This document shows, in pieces, positions 19,691-28,654 of a stretch of 64,000 nucleotides of DNA. The notes under the pieces are model-generated. The model searched no databases. It saw nothing but the letters and a program-made list of their open reading frames with translations, and was not told the origin of the DNA. The stretch lies in contig OZ251539.1 of the NCBI GenBank assembly GCA_965243135.1, positions 1,024,001-1,088,000 on the forward strand. The letters run 5' to 3'. Position 1 is the stretch's first letter, and each line of letters opens with the position of its first letter. The stretch is from Alphaproteobacteria bacterium. Its GTDB lineage: Bacteria > Pseudomonadota > Alphaproteobacteria > MPNO01 > UBA830. The position numbers were made by a program, and so were the translations under genes.

Positions 19691-20824
19691 GTGTCCGAGC
19701 GCATATACTTGAGATCGGCAGGAGGAAGCCTCGAACCGCTCGAGGAGAAGCGGTTCTCGACCGAGGACGAGCTTCAGTCGCTGATTGCGGATCATCCTGA
19801 CTTGCTCGACGGAGAACAGATCCGGCCCGGAGCTTCCCGTCGTTGGATCTGCGTATGCCGCGAGAAGGGACTGGCGGAGACCCCGGATGCTGGCGCCCGC
19901 TGGGCCGTCGATTTGCTGCTTATCGACCAGGATGCGGTTCCGACGCTGGTCGAAGTGAAACGCGGCGCGAACCCCGAAATCCGGCGCACGATCGTTGGGC
20001 AATTGCTGGAGTACGCGGCGCACGCCGCCGGGACCTGGACGGCGGACGAGTTGCGCCGGACGTTCGAGAAGACGGCCCGGACTTCAGGCCTCGATCCCGG
20101 CGACGAGCTTGCGGCGCTTCTTCAGATGGACGGAGAACCGGACGCCGACGGTTTCTGGGGCAAGGTTGCCGTCAATCTCGACGCGAAGCGTCTTCGCCTG
20201 CTTTTCGTGGCCGACGATATCCCCGATCCGCTCAAGCGGATTGCGGCGTTCCTCAACGAGCAAATGCCCCGCATCGAGGTACTGGCGGTAGAGGTCAAGC
20301 AATTCCGCGGCGAGGAGGCGCAGATGATCGTGCCGCGGGTTACCGGAACTATCGCGGTCTCTTCCGGCAAGGCGAGGCAAGAGCTCACGCCGGAATTGTT
20401 CCTGCAGAACTTCGTCAGCGCGGAAGCTCGGCAAGTGGCGGAAAAACTTCTTGAAACGGCGCGCAGGCACGACGCCGATCCTAAACCGGGCGAGCGAAGC
20501 GTAAGCGTTCGGGCGACCTGTTCGAGATGGCCCAGACCGATCACGGTGGCGTGGCTGTACCATGAGCCTGACGCGGTCGGCTGGGCGCGAACGAAGGACT
20601 TCTCTTTCGGGGCGGCCATACTCGACGAGGATCCGCCGCCGGAAGACGAACTGAGGATTGCACTGGAACGTTGGGCGGACGAGTTTTCCCGGGACGATTT
20701 CTCCGAGGACGTCTCAAGCAAGGGAGTCGTCGCGTGGTCGGTCGGTCACGACGCCGCGGCTCGCCATGCCGATCTGCTGGTCGCGCGCCTCTCGAGGATT
20801 CTTGCGGAATTGAAGTCCCTGTAG
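19691..20824 (+). CDS. Hypothetical protein with N-terminal PD-(D/E)xK (NucS-like) nuclease domain
   Basis: EDELQSLI..VDLLLIDQDAVPTLVEVKRG..VGQLLEYAA. Confidence 0.65.
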   Translation: MSERIYLRSAGGSLEPLEEKRFSTEDELQSLIADHPDLLDGEQIRPGASRRWICVCREKGLAETPDAGARWAVDLLLIDQDAVPTLVEVKRGANPEIRRTIVGQLLEYAAHAAGTWTADELRRTFEKTARTSGLDPGDELAALLQMDGEPDADGFWGKVAVNLDAKRLRLLFVADDIPDPLKRIAAFLNEQMPRIEVLAVEVKQFRGEEAQMIVPRVTGTIAVSSGKARQELTPELFLQNFVSAEARQVAEKLLETARRHDADPKPGERSVSVRATCSRWPRPITVAWLYHEPDAVGWARTKDFSFGAAILDEDPPPEDELRIALERWADEFSRDDFSEDVSSKGVVAWSVGHDAAARHADLLVARLSRILAELKSL

Positions 20825-20870
20825 CGAGAAATCGTCGGGCCCGTTTACGAAGGCCCGTGCCGTTTCCGCG

Positions 20871-21580
20871 TCAGGCTGCGGCGCTCTTGCGGCTTTTGCG
20901 CCACTGGAGCAGCGGAGCGATCAGGACGAGAATGGTGATCAGCATGATCCCGGCGGTGATCGGACGTTCCCAGAGAAACCCGTAACCGTCGTGGATTTCG
21001 AGGGCGCGGCGCAGATTCTCCTCGATCATGCGGCCGAGGACGAACCCGAGAATCAACGGCGCCATCGGATACCCGAACAGCCGGAGCGCGATCGCGGCGA
21101 CCGCGAAAAACACCATCATTTGGATGTCGAAGGTGTTGAAGGAAACCAGGTAAACGCCGCACAGCGAGAAGAAGAGCACCAGCGGGACCAGAATTTTTCC
21201 GGGCAGGGTCAGCAGGCGGGCGATATAGGGAATCAGCAGATGCACGCAACCCGGGCTCAGTACCGCCATGTCCAGGCGCCCGCGCGCGGTCGATTCCTCG
21301 ACCCGAACGTCCAGAGCCGCCGCGAAGTGCGAGTAGACGAAGGCCGCCCAATAGCCCTCGTAATGCGCAATGTCGTTCTTCCGATACCGATCGCGAGGAA
21401 TGCTTGCGAAAAACGCTTCGAACGGCTTCTTCTCTCCCTCTGGATCGTTCTCCGCCGTCAGCCTGGCCAGCTCCGCCTGCCTCGTCGCCTCTCGTCCCGT
21501 TGTCGGCACCATGGCGCGCAGCAGCCGCCTGTTCAGGCTGAACTTCACCTCGTGGTTGGGGTAGCCGGTACAGGCTCCCG
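20871..21580 (-). pseudogene. Chimeric relic: AAA/PD-(D/E)xK_9 fragment fused to a TctA permease C-terminus
   Basis: YPNHEV..FFASIP..HYEGYWAAFVYSHFAA..EESTARGRLDMAV switches near 21240 to YPMAPLILGFVLGRMIEENLRRAL (TctA). Confidence 0.75.
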
Positions 21581-21591
21581 CTGTCGGCAGG

Positions 21592-22782
21592 TCACACCGC
21601 CTTCTCTTTTCTCAGGGATTCGATGTCGCGCTCGGAAAAGCCGATCTCTTTCAGTATGCGCTCGGTGTGCTCGCCAAGACGCGGCGGGGGAGATCGAGTT
21701 TCGATCTGCGCTCCGTCGAGCTTGACGCCCGTCCGAGCGAACCGGATTTCGCGCCCGGGCCCCGAAGGATGGTCAAAGGAGCCGATCATTCCGCGCTTCG
21801 AGATTTGCGGATGCGCCAAGGCCTCCGGCACGCTCGATATGCCGCCGGCCGGAACGCCCGCGGCGTTCAGCTCCCTCTGCCAGGCCGCGGCCGGTTTCGC
21901 GCGCAGGGCGTCCTCGAGAATTTCCGTCAGTTCGGCGCGATTCTCGAGGCGCGCTTTCCGTTCGGCGAAACGCGGGTCTTCGACAAGATCCGTCCGTCCG
22001 ACGACGCGGCACAGAGCCTCGAACTGTTTCTGCTTGTTGGCGGCGATGTTGATCGGTCCTTCGCCCGTCCGAAACGTTCCCGACGGACTCGCCGTAAAGT
22101 TGTCGTTGCCCATCGGTTCCGGGACTCCGCCGGTCGCGAGGTAGTTGGAAATCACCCATCCCATGGTCGCCATCACGGATTCGAGCATGGAAACGTCGAT
22201 GAAACGGCCCTCGGCGCGGTCGGCAAGCGCCGCCGCTACGGCGAAGGCCGCGGTCAGCCCTCCGATCGTGTCGGCGATCGGAAAGCCGACGCGCAACGGG
22301 GCGGTATCGGGATTTCCGGTTATGCTCATGACGCCGGACATTCCCTGGATGATCTGGTCGTAGGCAGGCAGATTCCTCAAGGGGCCGTCCTGCCCGAATC
22401 CGGATATCGCGCAATAGACCAAAGCGGGATTTTCGTTTCTGAGCGTCTCGTACCCCAGTCCCAAGCGGTTCATGACCCCGGGGCGAAAGTTCTCCACGAG
22501 CGCATCCGAATTGCGCACCAATCGTTTGAGGACGTCCTTGCCTCTTCGCGACTTGAGATTGATCGTGATCGAACGCTTTCCCGTGTTCTGGGCGAGAAAG
22601 GAAACCCCCATAAGGCTTTCGTTCAACTCCGGATCGGCTCCCAGCCTGCGGGCCAGATCTCCCGCTTCGGGTTCTTCCACCTTGATGACGTCGGCGCCCA
22701 TATGCGCCAGTTGATGGCAACAGAACGGTCCGGCCAGAACGTTGGTCAGATCGAGAACGCGGAAGTCGCGGAGCGGTTTCAT
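21592..22782 (-). CDS. CaiB/BaiF family CoA transferase
   Basis: RVLDLTNVLAGPFC, GADVIKVE, ENFRPGVM, ISGFGQDGP..YD, PPRLGEHT. Confidence 0.95.
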   Translation of the reverse strand: MKPLRDFRVLDLTNVLAGPFCCHQLAHMGADVIKVEEPEAGDLARRLGADPELNESLMGVSFLAQNTGKRSITINLKSRRGKDVLKRLVRNSDALVENFRPGVMNRLGLGYETLRNENPALVYCAISGFGQDGPLRNLPAYDQIIQGMSGVMSITGNPDTAPLRVGFPIADTIGGLTAAFAVAAALADRAEGRFIDVSMLESVMATMGWVISNYLATGGVPEPMGNDNFTASPSGTFRTGEGPINIAANKQKQFEALCRVVGRTDLVEDPRFAERKARLENRAELTEILEDALRAKPAAAWQRELNAAGVPAGGISSVPEALAHPQISKRGMIGSFDHPSGPGREIRFARTGVKLDGAQIETRSPPPRLGEHTERILKEIGFSERDIESLRKEKAV

Positions 22783-22930
22783 CGCCGGCTTCCGTCGAAC
22801 GGCTTCCCGGACTCGTCGCGAAGGAACCGGCCGGCTGCCGGCAGCGGCAATTTTAGCGCGCGGCCGGGTCGCGAAGGAGCGTGGCGCGTCCGGAAGCTTC
22901 CGGACCGGCGCAAGCCGCGAACGGACGGCG

Positions 22931-24547
22931 TCACGGCGGCTCGTCGGAAGATTCCGCCATGTGCGCCGCCAGAGCTTCCGGCGTGTCGAGGTCGATGAGC
23001 ACCCCGGAACCGGCGCGCGGCACTTCGACGAGTTGATCCGCATTGGCGCCGATCAGATGCCGCGCTCCGACGTCGCCCGAAACGGCCGCCATCTCCGCGA
23101 AATACCGGCGCGCCCACAGTACGGGGTTTCCCCGTTTGCCGTCATGGGTCGGCACGCAGATCGTGGCGCCCGAATCGGGATCGAAGGCGTCGATCAGGGC
23201 GTCGATGTCTTCCGGCGTCACCGTCGGCATGTCGCCGAGCGCCACGACGGCGGCGTTCGCCTCGGAGGGCAGCGCGTTCAACCCGTTCCTCAGCGACGTG
23301 CTGAGCCCTTCCGCGAAATCCGGGTTGTGGACGAACGACACGTTCATTCCCTCCAGTGCGCTCCTTACCCGATCTGGCTCGTGACCGAGGACGACTACGA
23401 CCGGATCCGCCTTGCTCGCGATCAGAGCGCGGGCCGCATGGACGACCATCGGTTCGCCCTTGACCTCGGCCAGCATCTTGTTGACGCGACCCATGCGCCG
23501 CGACTGGCCGGCGGCCAGCAACAACGCTCCGACATGCGCTCCCGCGAGCGAGGGTTCGCGGGGCATGGGACGGCCAGGGACTTCCTTCAGCAATCCGCCC
23601 ACTCCCATTTCCGCAAGGTCGGACGGCGTCACGCCGATATCCGAGACCAGCCTTTGAAGGATCCAGTCGAAACCGTGCAGGCGGGGAGAGCGCGCCGAAC
23701 CGGGCAGTCCGAGAACGGCGGTTTCGCCGATGCGCGCCAGCAACGTCAGATGGCCGGGATCGACGGGCATGCCGAGATGATCGACGGCGCCGCCGGCCCG
23801 CGCGACCGCCTGCGGCACGACGTCCCGACGGTCCACGATGGCCGAAGCTCCCAGCACGAGCGCGATGTCGCAGCTGTCCAGTTTCCGCAAGGCGTCCGCG
23901 ATGTCGTCGCGGGAGTGCGAACAGCGCCGTTCCTCGTCGAGGCGGCAGCCTAGCGGGCGCAAGCGTTCCGCGGTGGTCCTCGATCCCTTGTCGAGAACGT
24001 CTTTCTTGAGGCCGGGCAGGGTCGTCTGAATCAATCCGATGCGTTTCGTCCGGAAAGGATGCAGGCGTATCGCGGGAGACGCTCCGGCGGCGATATCGAT
24101 GCCTTCCTCCACGGAAGCGGCGGCCACGCCGAAAGTGACGATCTTCGCCGTGGCGACCACCCGGCCCCGGGCGACGGCCTCGTAGGGCGGCACGGTGGCG
24201 ATGGCGATCGCTTCGTTCACGCGGTTGAGGCGGCGGATGCGGTCCGCGTCCACCGTAACCACGCCCGCCGCTTCGGCCCGCAAATTCGCGCGGCCCGTTG
24301 CGGCGTCCGATGCATCCAGACCGGGCGAAGACAGCGCTTCCGCGATCCGCCGCGCGGCTTCGTTTTCTCCGAGATCCTGCGCTTCCAGGCGAGCGACGGT
24401 CACCCGGCGAACGTCGTTGCTTCGAAGTCGGGCGATGTCGGCGCGATCCAGCAGGCGGCCTTTTCTGAAGACGCCGCCGGGAAGCCGGACGGAATGCGCA
24501 ATGATCGCTCCGTCGGCGTCTTCGACAGGAATCTCGCCGAATTTCAT
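22931..24547 (-). CDS. mocA: Molybdopterin-binding domain fused to molybdenum cofactor cytidylyltransferase
   Basis: GMPVDPG..GLPGSARSP N-terminal domain; LLAAGQSRRMG..NK, LGDMP, GNPVLW, GDVGAR, DLDTPE. Confidence 0.85.
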   Translation of the reverse strand: MKFGEIPVEDADGAIIAHSVRLPGGVFRKGRLLDRADIARLRSNDVRRVTVARLEAQDLGENEAARRIAEALSSPGLDASDAATGRANLRAEAAGVVTVDADRIRRLNRVNEAIAIATVPPYEAVARGRVVATAKIVTFGVAAASVEEGIDIAAGASPAIRLHPFRTKRIGLIQTTLPGLKKDVLDKGSRTTAERLRPLGCRLDEERRCSHSRDDIADALRKLDSCDIALVLGASAIVDRRDVVPQAVARAGGAVDHLGMPVDPGHLTLLARIGETAVLGLPGSARSPRLHGFDWILQRLVSDIGVTPSDLAEMGVGGLLKEVPGRPMPREPSLAGAHVGALLLAAGQSRRMGRVNKMLAEVKGEPMVVHAARALIASKADPVVVVLGHEPDRVRSALEGMNVSFVHNPDFAEGLSTSLRNGLNALPSEANAAVVALGDMPTVTPEDIDALIDAFDPDSGATICVPTHDGKRGNPVLWARRYFAEMAAVSGDVGARHLIGANADQLVEVPRAGSGVLIDLDTPEALAAHMAESSDEPP

Positions 24548-24557
24548 CGCCGCCGCG

Positions 24558-25598
24558 TCACGCCCGCGCTTCCGTTCCGCGATGCAGTTTCTGGGTAATC
24601 TGCGCCAGCACCGAGATGGCGATCTCGGCCGGAGAAACGGCGCCGATGTCGAGGCCGACGGGCGCATGGATGCGGGCGATGTCCGTTTCGGAGAAACCGG
24701 AGGCGGTCAGCCGTTCGACCCGTCCGGCGTGGGTCTTCCGGCTTCCCAGAGCGCCGACGTAGAAGGCGTCCGATTTCAACGCCGCTTCGAGGCCCGGATC
24801 GTCGAGCTTGGGATCGTGCGTCAGAGTGACGACTGCGGTGCGGCGATCTGGGTCGAGAGCGCGCAAGGCGTCGTCCGGCCATTCGCCGTTCAGCGTTATG
24901 CCGGGAAACCGCTCGTCGGTGGCGAACGAAGCGCGCGGATCGACGACGGTGACGTCGTAGCCCGCGACGGAAGCCATGCGCGAAAGAGGTTGCGCGATAT
25001 GGACGGCGCCAACGATCAGCAGGCGTTTCGGCGGATTGAACACTTCGACGAAGACGCGGCGCTCTCCGACCGCGTGCGTTCGGCTGCGGTCGTCCCGCAA
25101 GCCGCGGCGCGCGATCGAAAGAATTTCCGGATCCTCCGAGTCCGGTCCGGACGCGGCCTCGGGATAGACCAGGGTGTGTGCGCCCGTCGACAGATCGACG
25201 GCCCGGACGACGGCCCGTTTTTCGGCCCGGTCTTCGAGCAACGGTTCGAGCGCGCTTTCTTCGAGATTCTCGACGTACACCTCGACGGTGCCGCCGCAGG
25301 CGAGGCCGACTTCCCAGGCGAGTTCGTTGGTGACGCCGTATTCGAGCAGTTTGGGCGCGCCGGTGCGCATGACCTCCAGCGCCTCGGTGGCCACGGCGCC
25401 CTCGATGCAGCCGCCGGAAACCGAACCGACCATCTTGCCGTTTTCGTCGACGGCGAGATGGCTGCCGGCGGGGCGGGGCGAAGATCCCCACGTGGCGACC
25501 ACCGTGGCGAGGGCGACCTTGCGGGCCGCTCGCCATCTCGCGGCCTCGTTCAGCACGTCGTCGCCGCGCGCCCGTTCCCCTACATCGCCGTCAGCCAT
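24558..25598 (-). CDS. xdhC: XdhC/CoxI family Moco-insertion chaperone
   Basis: TWGSSPRPAG, GSVSGGCIE, GLACGG, LTHDPKLD, GALGSRKT, PVGLDIGA. Confidence 0.92.
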   Translation of the reverse strand: MADGDVGERARGDDVLNEAARWRAARKVALATVVATWGSSPRPAGSHLAVDENGKMVGSVSGGCIEGAVATEALEVMRTGAPKLLEYGVTNELAWEVGLACGGTVEVYVENLEESALEPLLEDRAEKRAVVRAVDLSTGAHTLVYPEAASGPDSEDPEILSIARRGLRDDRSRTHAVGERRVFVEVFNPPKRLLIVGAVHIAQPLSRMASVAGYDVTVVDPRASFATDERFPGITLNGEWPDDALRALDPDRRTAVVTLTHDPKLDDPGLEAALKSDAFYVGALGSRKTHAGRVERLTASGFSETDIARIHAPVGLDIGAVSPAEIAISVLAQITQKLHRGTEARA

Positions 25599-26839
25599 TC
25601 CTTGACTCCCGTTTTCCGGGGACCGGGCGATCGATTGAGCGCGTCGATCAGTTCCCCGAGGCTCCGAAGATTATGCACCGGTCGAAATTCGTCAACGCAC
25701 GGCAGGATCGCCTGGATCCCCTGGCTCCTGGGCTGGAAACCGTCGAATCTCAGCAGCGGGTTTAGCCAGACCAACCGGCGGCAGGATTTGTGCAGCCGGT
25801 CGATTTCCCCGTGCAGCCCGCGTCCGGCGTCCCTGTCGAGGCCGTCGGAAATGAGAAGGACGATCGCGCCCTGACCGAGCACCCGCCGCGACCATAGCTT
25901 GTTGAACTGGCAAAGGCTTTCCCCGATTCGCGTTCCGCCCGACCAGTCCTCGACGGCCGCGTTCACCTGTTCCAGTGCGAGATCGATGTCCCTGTTGCGG
26001 AGATAGCGCGTGACGTTGGTGAGGCGAGTGCCGAACAGGAACGTATGCACCCGGTCGCGATCGTTGGTGAGGGAGTGCATGAAATGCACGAACATGCGCG
26101 TGTAACGGCTCATGGATCCCGAGATGTCGCACAGGATGACGAGCGGCGGCGGCCGGGTGCGGCGCGTTCGGAAGCGAAGCGGAATGGCGCTCCCCCCCGA
26201 ACGGAGGGCGGTCCGCAGCGTGGCCCTCATGTCGACCCGCGCTTGACGAGGGCTGACGCGGTATCGGCGCGTCGGGATTTCCTGCAGAGGCAGGCGCATG
26301 CGGGAAATCGCCCGCTTCGCGGCCTCGATTTCCTCCGCCGACATCTCCTCGAAGTCCATGTCCTGAAGAACTTCTCTCCGCGACGCCGTCATCGCGGCGT
26401 CGAGTTCGATCTCCTCTTCGCGCTCTTCCTCCTTCTCGTCCTTGCGGTCGTCAGGCGGCGGATTCAGCGCATCCTGCAGCCGGCGCATGGGTTGTTCCTC
26501 GGGCGGCGGCGGTTCGCCGGCGTCGACCTGGGGAAGGAGAATGCCCATCATGCGCTCGAGCAGCTTGGGGTCTTTCCAGAAGATGTGGAAAGCCTGATCG
26601 AACAGCTCGTGCTGGTCGCGGCGGTTGACGAAGACGGCGTGCAACGCCCAGTAGAAATCGGAACGGCCGCCGATTCCCACGGCCACGACCGCCTTGGCGG
26701 CGTCGATGATCTTGCCGGGACCCACGGGCATCCCCGCGGCGCGCAGCACCCGGCCGAAATGCATGATGTTCGGCGCGAGCTTGTTCCCCTCCAGCCGCTC
26801 GAGGAGCTGCATTCCGGGGGTTGCGGCTGTTTCGACCAT
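25580..26839 (-). CDS. coxE: CoxE vWA-domain protein
   Basis: LCDISGSM MIDAS motif, WSGGTRIG, LISDGLD, WLNPL; start codon uncertain. Confidence 0.9.
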   Translation of the reverse strand: MVETAATPGMQLLERLEGNKLAPNIMHFGRVLRAAGMPVGPGKIIDAAKAVVAVGIGGRSDFYWALHAVFVNRRDQHELFDQAFHIFWKDPKLLERMMGILLPQVDAGEPPPPEEQPMRRLQDALNPPPDDRKDEKEEEREEEIELDAAMTASRREVLQDMDFEEMSAEEIEAAKRAISRMRLPLQEIPTRRYRVSPRQARVDMRATLRTALRSGGSAIPLRFRTRRTRPPPLVILCDISGSMSRYTRMFVHFMHSLTNDRDRVHTFLFGTRLTNVTRYLRNRDIDLALEQVNAAVEDWSGGTRIGESLCQFNKLWSRRVLGQGAIVLLISDGLDRDAGRGLHGEIDRLHKSCRRLVWLNPLLRFDGFQPRSQGIQAILPCVDEFRPVHNLRSLGELIDALNRSPGPRKTGVKEWLTAM

Positions 26840-26856
26840 CTCGGCGTGCGGCGCGG

Positions 26857-27771
26857 CTACGGGCCCGCCCCCGCCTTCACTTCGTCCAGAATCCTGGCCG
26901 CTTCGCTGCCCTGCATTTTTTCTATGTCGTCCTGATACTTGAGCAGGATGCCGAGCGAGGCGTTGACCGTTTCGGGGTCGAGATCGATCCGGTCGAGCTG
27001 GATCAACGCGTTGGTCCAGTCGATCGTCTCGGCCACGCCGGGCAGTTTGAAGAGGTCCCGGTCGCGCAGGCGCTGGACGAACGCGACGACCTGGTTGGAA
27101 AGGGCTTCCGCGGCGTCGGGCACCTTGGTCTTGAGGATCTCCAGCTCTCTCGCGGCATTCGGATAATCGACCCAGAAATAGAAGCAGCGGCGCTTGATGG
27201 CGTCGTGAATCTCCCGGGTCCGGTTCGAGGTGATGATGACGATCGGCGGCCTCCGCGCGGCGACCGTTCCGATCTCGGGGATCGTGACCTGGAAATCGGA
27301 GAGAACTTCCAGGAGAAACGCTTCGAAAGGCTCGTCGGTGCGGTCGAGCTCGTCGATGAGCAAAACCGGCGGATTGCCGGACGCGTCCGGCTTGAGGGCC
27401 TGCAGGAGGGGGCGTTCGATCAGGAACCGTTCGGAGAAAACGCCTTCCTCGATCCGGCTGCGGTCCCGTTCGCCCGCGGCTTCCGCGATGCGGATGTCGA
27501 TCATCTGCATCGCGTAGTTCCATTCGTACACCGCGGAAGACACGTCGAGGCCTTCGTAGCACTGAAGGCGAATCAGGCGGCGACCGAGCGATTCCGAAAG
27601 CACCTTGCCGATCTCGGTCTTGCCGACGCCGGCTTCGCCTTCGAGAAACAACGGCCTTCCGAGTTTCAGCGCTAGGAACAGCGCCGTCGCCAAGGATCGG
27701 TCGGCGACGTATTCGGCGTCGCGCAGCATGTCGACGACCGCGTCGACGGAAGCGGGAAGTTGTCCTGTCAT
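26857..27771 (-). CDS. coxD: MoxR-type AAA+ ATPase CoxD
   Basis: LEGEAGVGKT, RLQCYEGLD, LLIDELDR, TSNRTRE. Confidence 0.93.
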   Translation of the reverse strand: MTGQLPASVDAVVDMLRDAEYVADRSLATALFLALKLGRPLFLEGEAGVGKTEIGKVLSESLGRRLIRLQCYEGLDVSSAVYEWNYAMQMIDIRIAEAAGERDRSRIEEGVFSERFLIERPLLQALKPDASGNPPVLLIDELDRTDEPFEAFLLEVLSDFQVTIPEIGTVAARRPPIVIITSNRTREIHDAIKRRCFYFWVDYPNAARELEILKTKVPDAAEALSNQVVAFVQRLRDRDLFKLPGVAETIDWTNALIQLDRIDLDPETVNASLGILLKYQDDIEKMQGSEAARILDEVKAGAGP

Positions 27772-27840
27772 TTCCTCAAGAAACGGGGAGCCGCGTCGAT
27801 GGCTCCCCTGGCTTTCGGTCCGGTTGCGGAGACGCGCCGG

Positions 27841-28638
27841 TCAGCCGTTCGCTTCCGCGACCGCGCGCTTGGCCATGATCGTCACGAGATGCGCGCGGTA
27901 TTCGGGGCTCGCATGGATGTCGCTGTTGAGGCCTTCGTCCGGGATCTTGATGCTCGCGACGGCCTCGGGCGCGAAGCCGTTCTCCAGCGCGGCTTCCATC
28001 TCGGCAACCCGGAACACGCAGGGCCCGGCGCCGGTGATCGCCACCCGGGTTCCCTGCGGTCCGCGGCTGACGAACGCGCCGACCATGGCGTACCGGGAGG
28101 CCGGATTGGGGAACTTCATGTAACCGGCTTTTTCGGGGACCGGGAAGTCGACCCTGGTCACGAGTTCGGCTTCGTCGAGCGCGGTTTCGAACATGTCGGT
28201 GAAGAAATCGTCGCCCGCGATCCGGCGTTTGTCGGTGTGCACGGTGGCGCCCAGGCCGACGACCGCCGCCGGATAATCCGCCGCCGGGTCGTTGTTGGAA
28301 ATCGAACCGCCGATCGTGCCGCGGTTGCGAACCATCGGATCGCCGATAAGCCCCGCGAGCTTGGCGAGCGCGGGGATCGCGCCGCGAACTTCCGCGGACG
28401 CGTTGACCGCGGCATGCGGCGTCATGGCGCCGATGGAGACGACTCCGTCGCCGACCGAGATGCCGACGAGGTCCTTCAGGTCGGCCAGATCGACGAGGTC
28501 CGAAGGCTTGGCCAGCCGCATCTTGAGGGTCGGAAGCAAGGTCATGCCTCCGGCGACGAACTTTCCTTCTTCGGCGGCGGCGACGCCGGCCGTCGCGTCT
28601 TCGACGGACGTCGCCCGCCTGTATGCGAAATCGTACAT
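27841..28638 (-). CDS. coxM: Molybdo-hydroxylase FAD subunit
   Basis: AGGMTL, VRNRGTIGGS, DPAADYP. Confidence 0.93.
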   Translation of the reverse strand: MYDFAYRRATSVEDATAGVAAAEEGKFVAGGMTLLPTLKMRLAKPSDLVDLADLKDLVGISVGDGVVSIGAMTPHAAVNASAEVRGAIPALAKLAGLIGDPMVRNRGTIGGSISNNDPAADYPAAVVGLGATVHTDKRRIAGDDFFTDMFETALDEAELVTRVDFPVPEKAGYMKFPNPASRYAMVGAFVSRGPQGTRVAITGAGPCVFRVAEMEAALENGFAPEAVASIKIPDEGLNSDIHASPEYRAHLVTIMAKRAVAEANG

Positions 28639-28654
28639 GGTTCGACCTCTTTCG

